64,000 bases of DNA from Pleurozia purpurea (lineage: Eukaryota), in contig OZ319674.1 in NCBI GenBank assembly GCA_975705895.1, positions 4,092,001 through 4,156,000 of the forward strand, written 5' to 3'. Shown here piece by piece: positions 63,660-64,000 of the stretch; within the stretch, counting starts at the first letter, position 1, and each line of letters starts with the position of its first letter. Below the pieces are notes generated by a model, which worked only from the letters and a program-made list of their open reading frames with translations, was not told where the DNA came from and ran no database searches. A program made the position numbers and the translations under genes.

Positions 63660-64000
63660 TGACCTCAAGTGATGGGGAGAGTTAATTTTGTTGAGTAGAA
63701 CACCTTAGTTTTTGCTAAATTGTTTCAGAGATGGGCGAAAGGTTTTTAATTCGGCGTTTACCAAGACTCAAATGTACAAGGGTCTGGTTAACCTTCAAGT
63801 TAAACTTGAAGGTAGTTATTAATGGTGGGATTAGAATTAGGCTCTTTTATCAAAATAATATCTCCATCATCTTTTGATATTATTGTGTATTGTGAAATAA
63901 GATACTTTGTTGATTTTAATTTTGGAAGATATGTTATATTCAAAATGGTTAGTCCATGTTTCATGAAATATTTTGAATTGTCTTATTAATATTGTATTCT

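Larger units (their letters stand above)
53681..64000. mobile_element. Family-A copy A5, inverted relative to A1/A4, near full length, running off the right edge
   Basis: Right TIR at 53681-53706 preceded by TATT; ParB-MTase on -, transposase on +; left TIR expected ~230 bp beyond the window. Confidence 0.93.

Overview
Repeat-dense eukaryotic DNA, most likely from a land plant (GT-AG introns, a dirigent gene, a Copia element, and a decayed 5S copy that looks bryophyte-like). More than half of the window is a nested cluster of one ~10.5-kb cut-and-paste DNA transposon family (family A). It has 26-bp TIRs (AACAAGGGACCGGAATAGATGAACTC), 4-bp TSDs and two divergent spliced genes. One gene is a ~950-aa DDD-type transposase (Sola/DUF7869-like by motif inference). 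The other is a ~1,030-aa protein fusing an unknown N-terminal domain, a ParB/Srx-like domain and a beta-class N6A/N4C DNA methyltransferase. A near-complete copy carries ~19 copies of the 16-bp palindrome TTGATGC-AT-GCATCAA, almost all in introns or other non-coding DNA. A divergent sister family (B, 1-8.5 kb) encodes a homologous ParB-MTase and carries a different motif (CAAAATTTCATGACT) distributed the same way. Family A copies repeatedly insert into each other. Also present: a Harbinger transposase pseudogene, a young internally deleted Copia element, older LTR remnants, a probable SINE fragment, tandem repeats and one intact-looking host gene (dirigent). All family and domain assignments come from reading motifs by eye; no database search was run.
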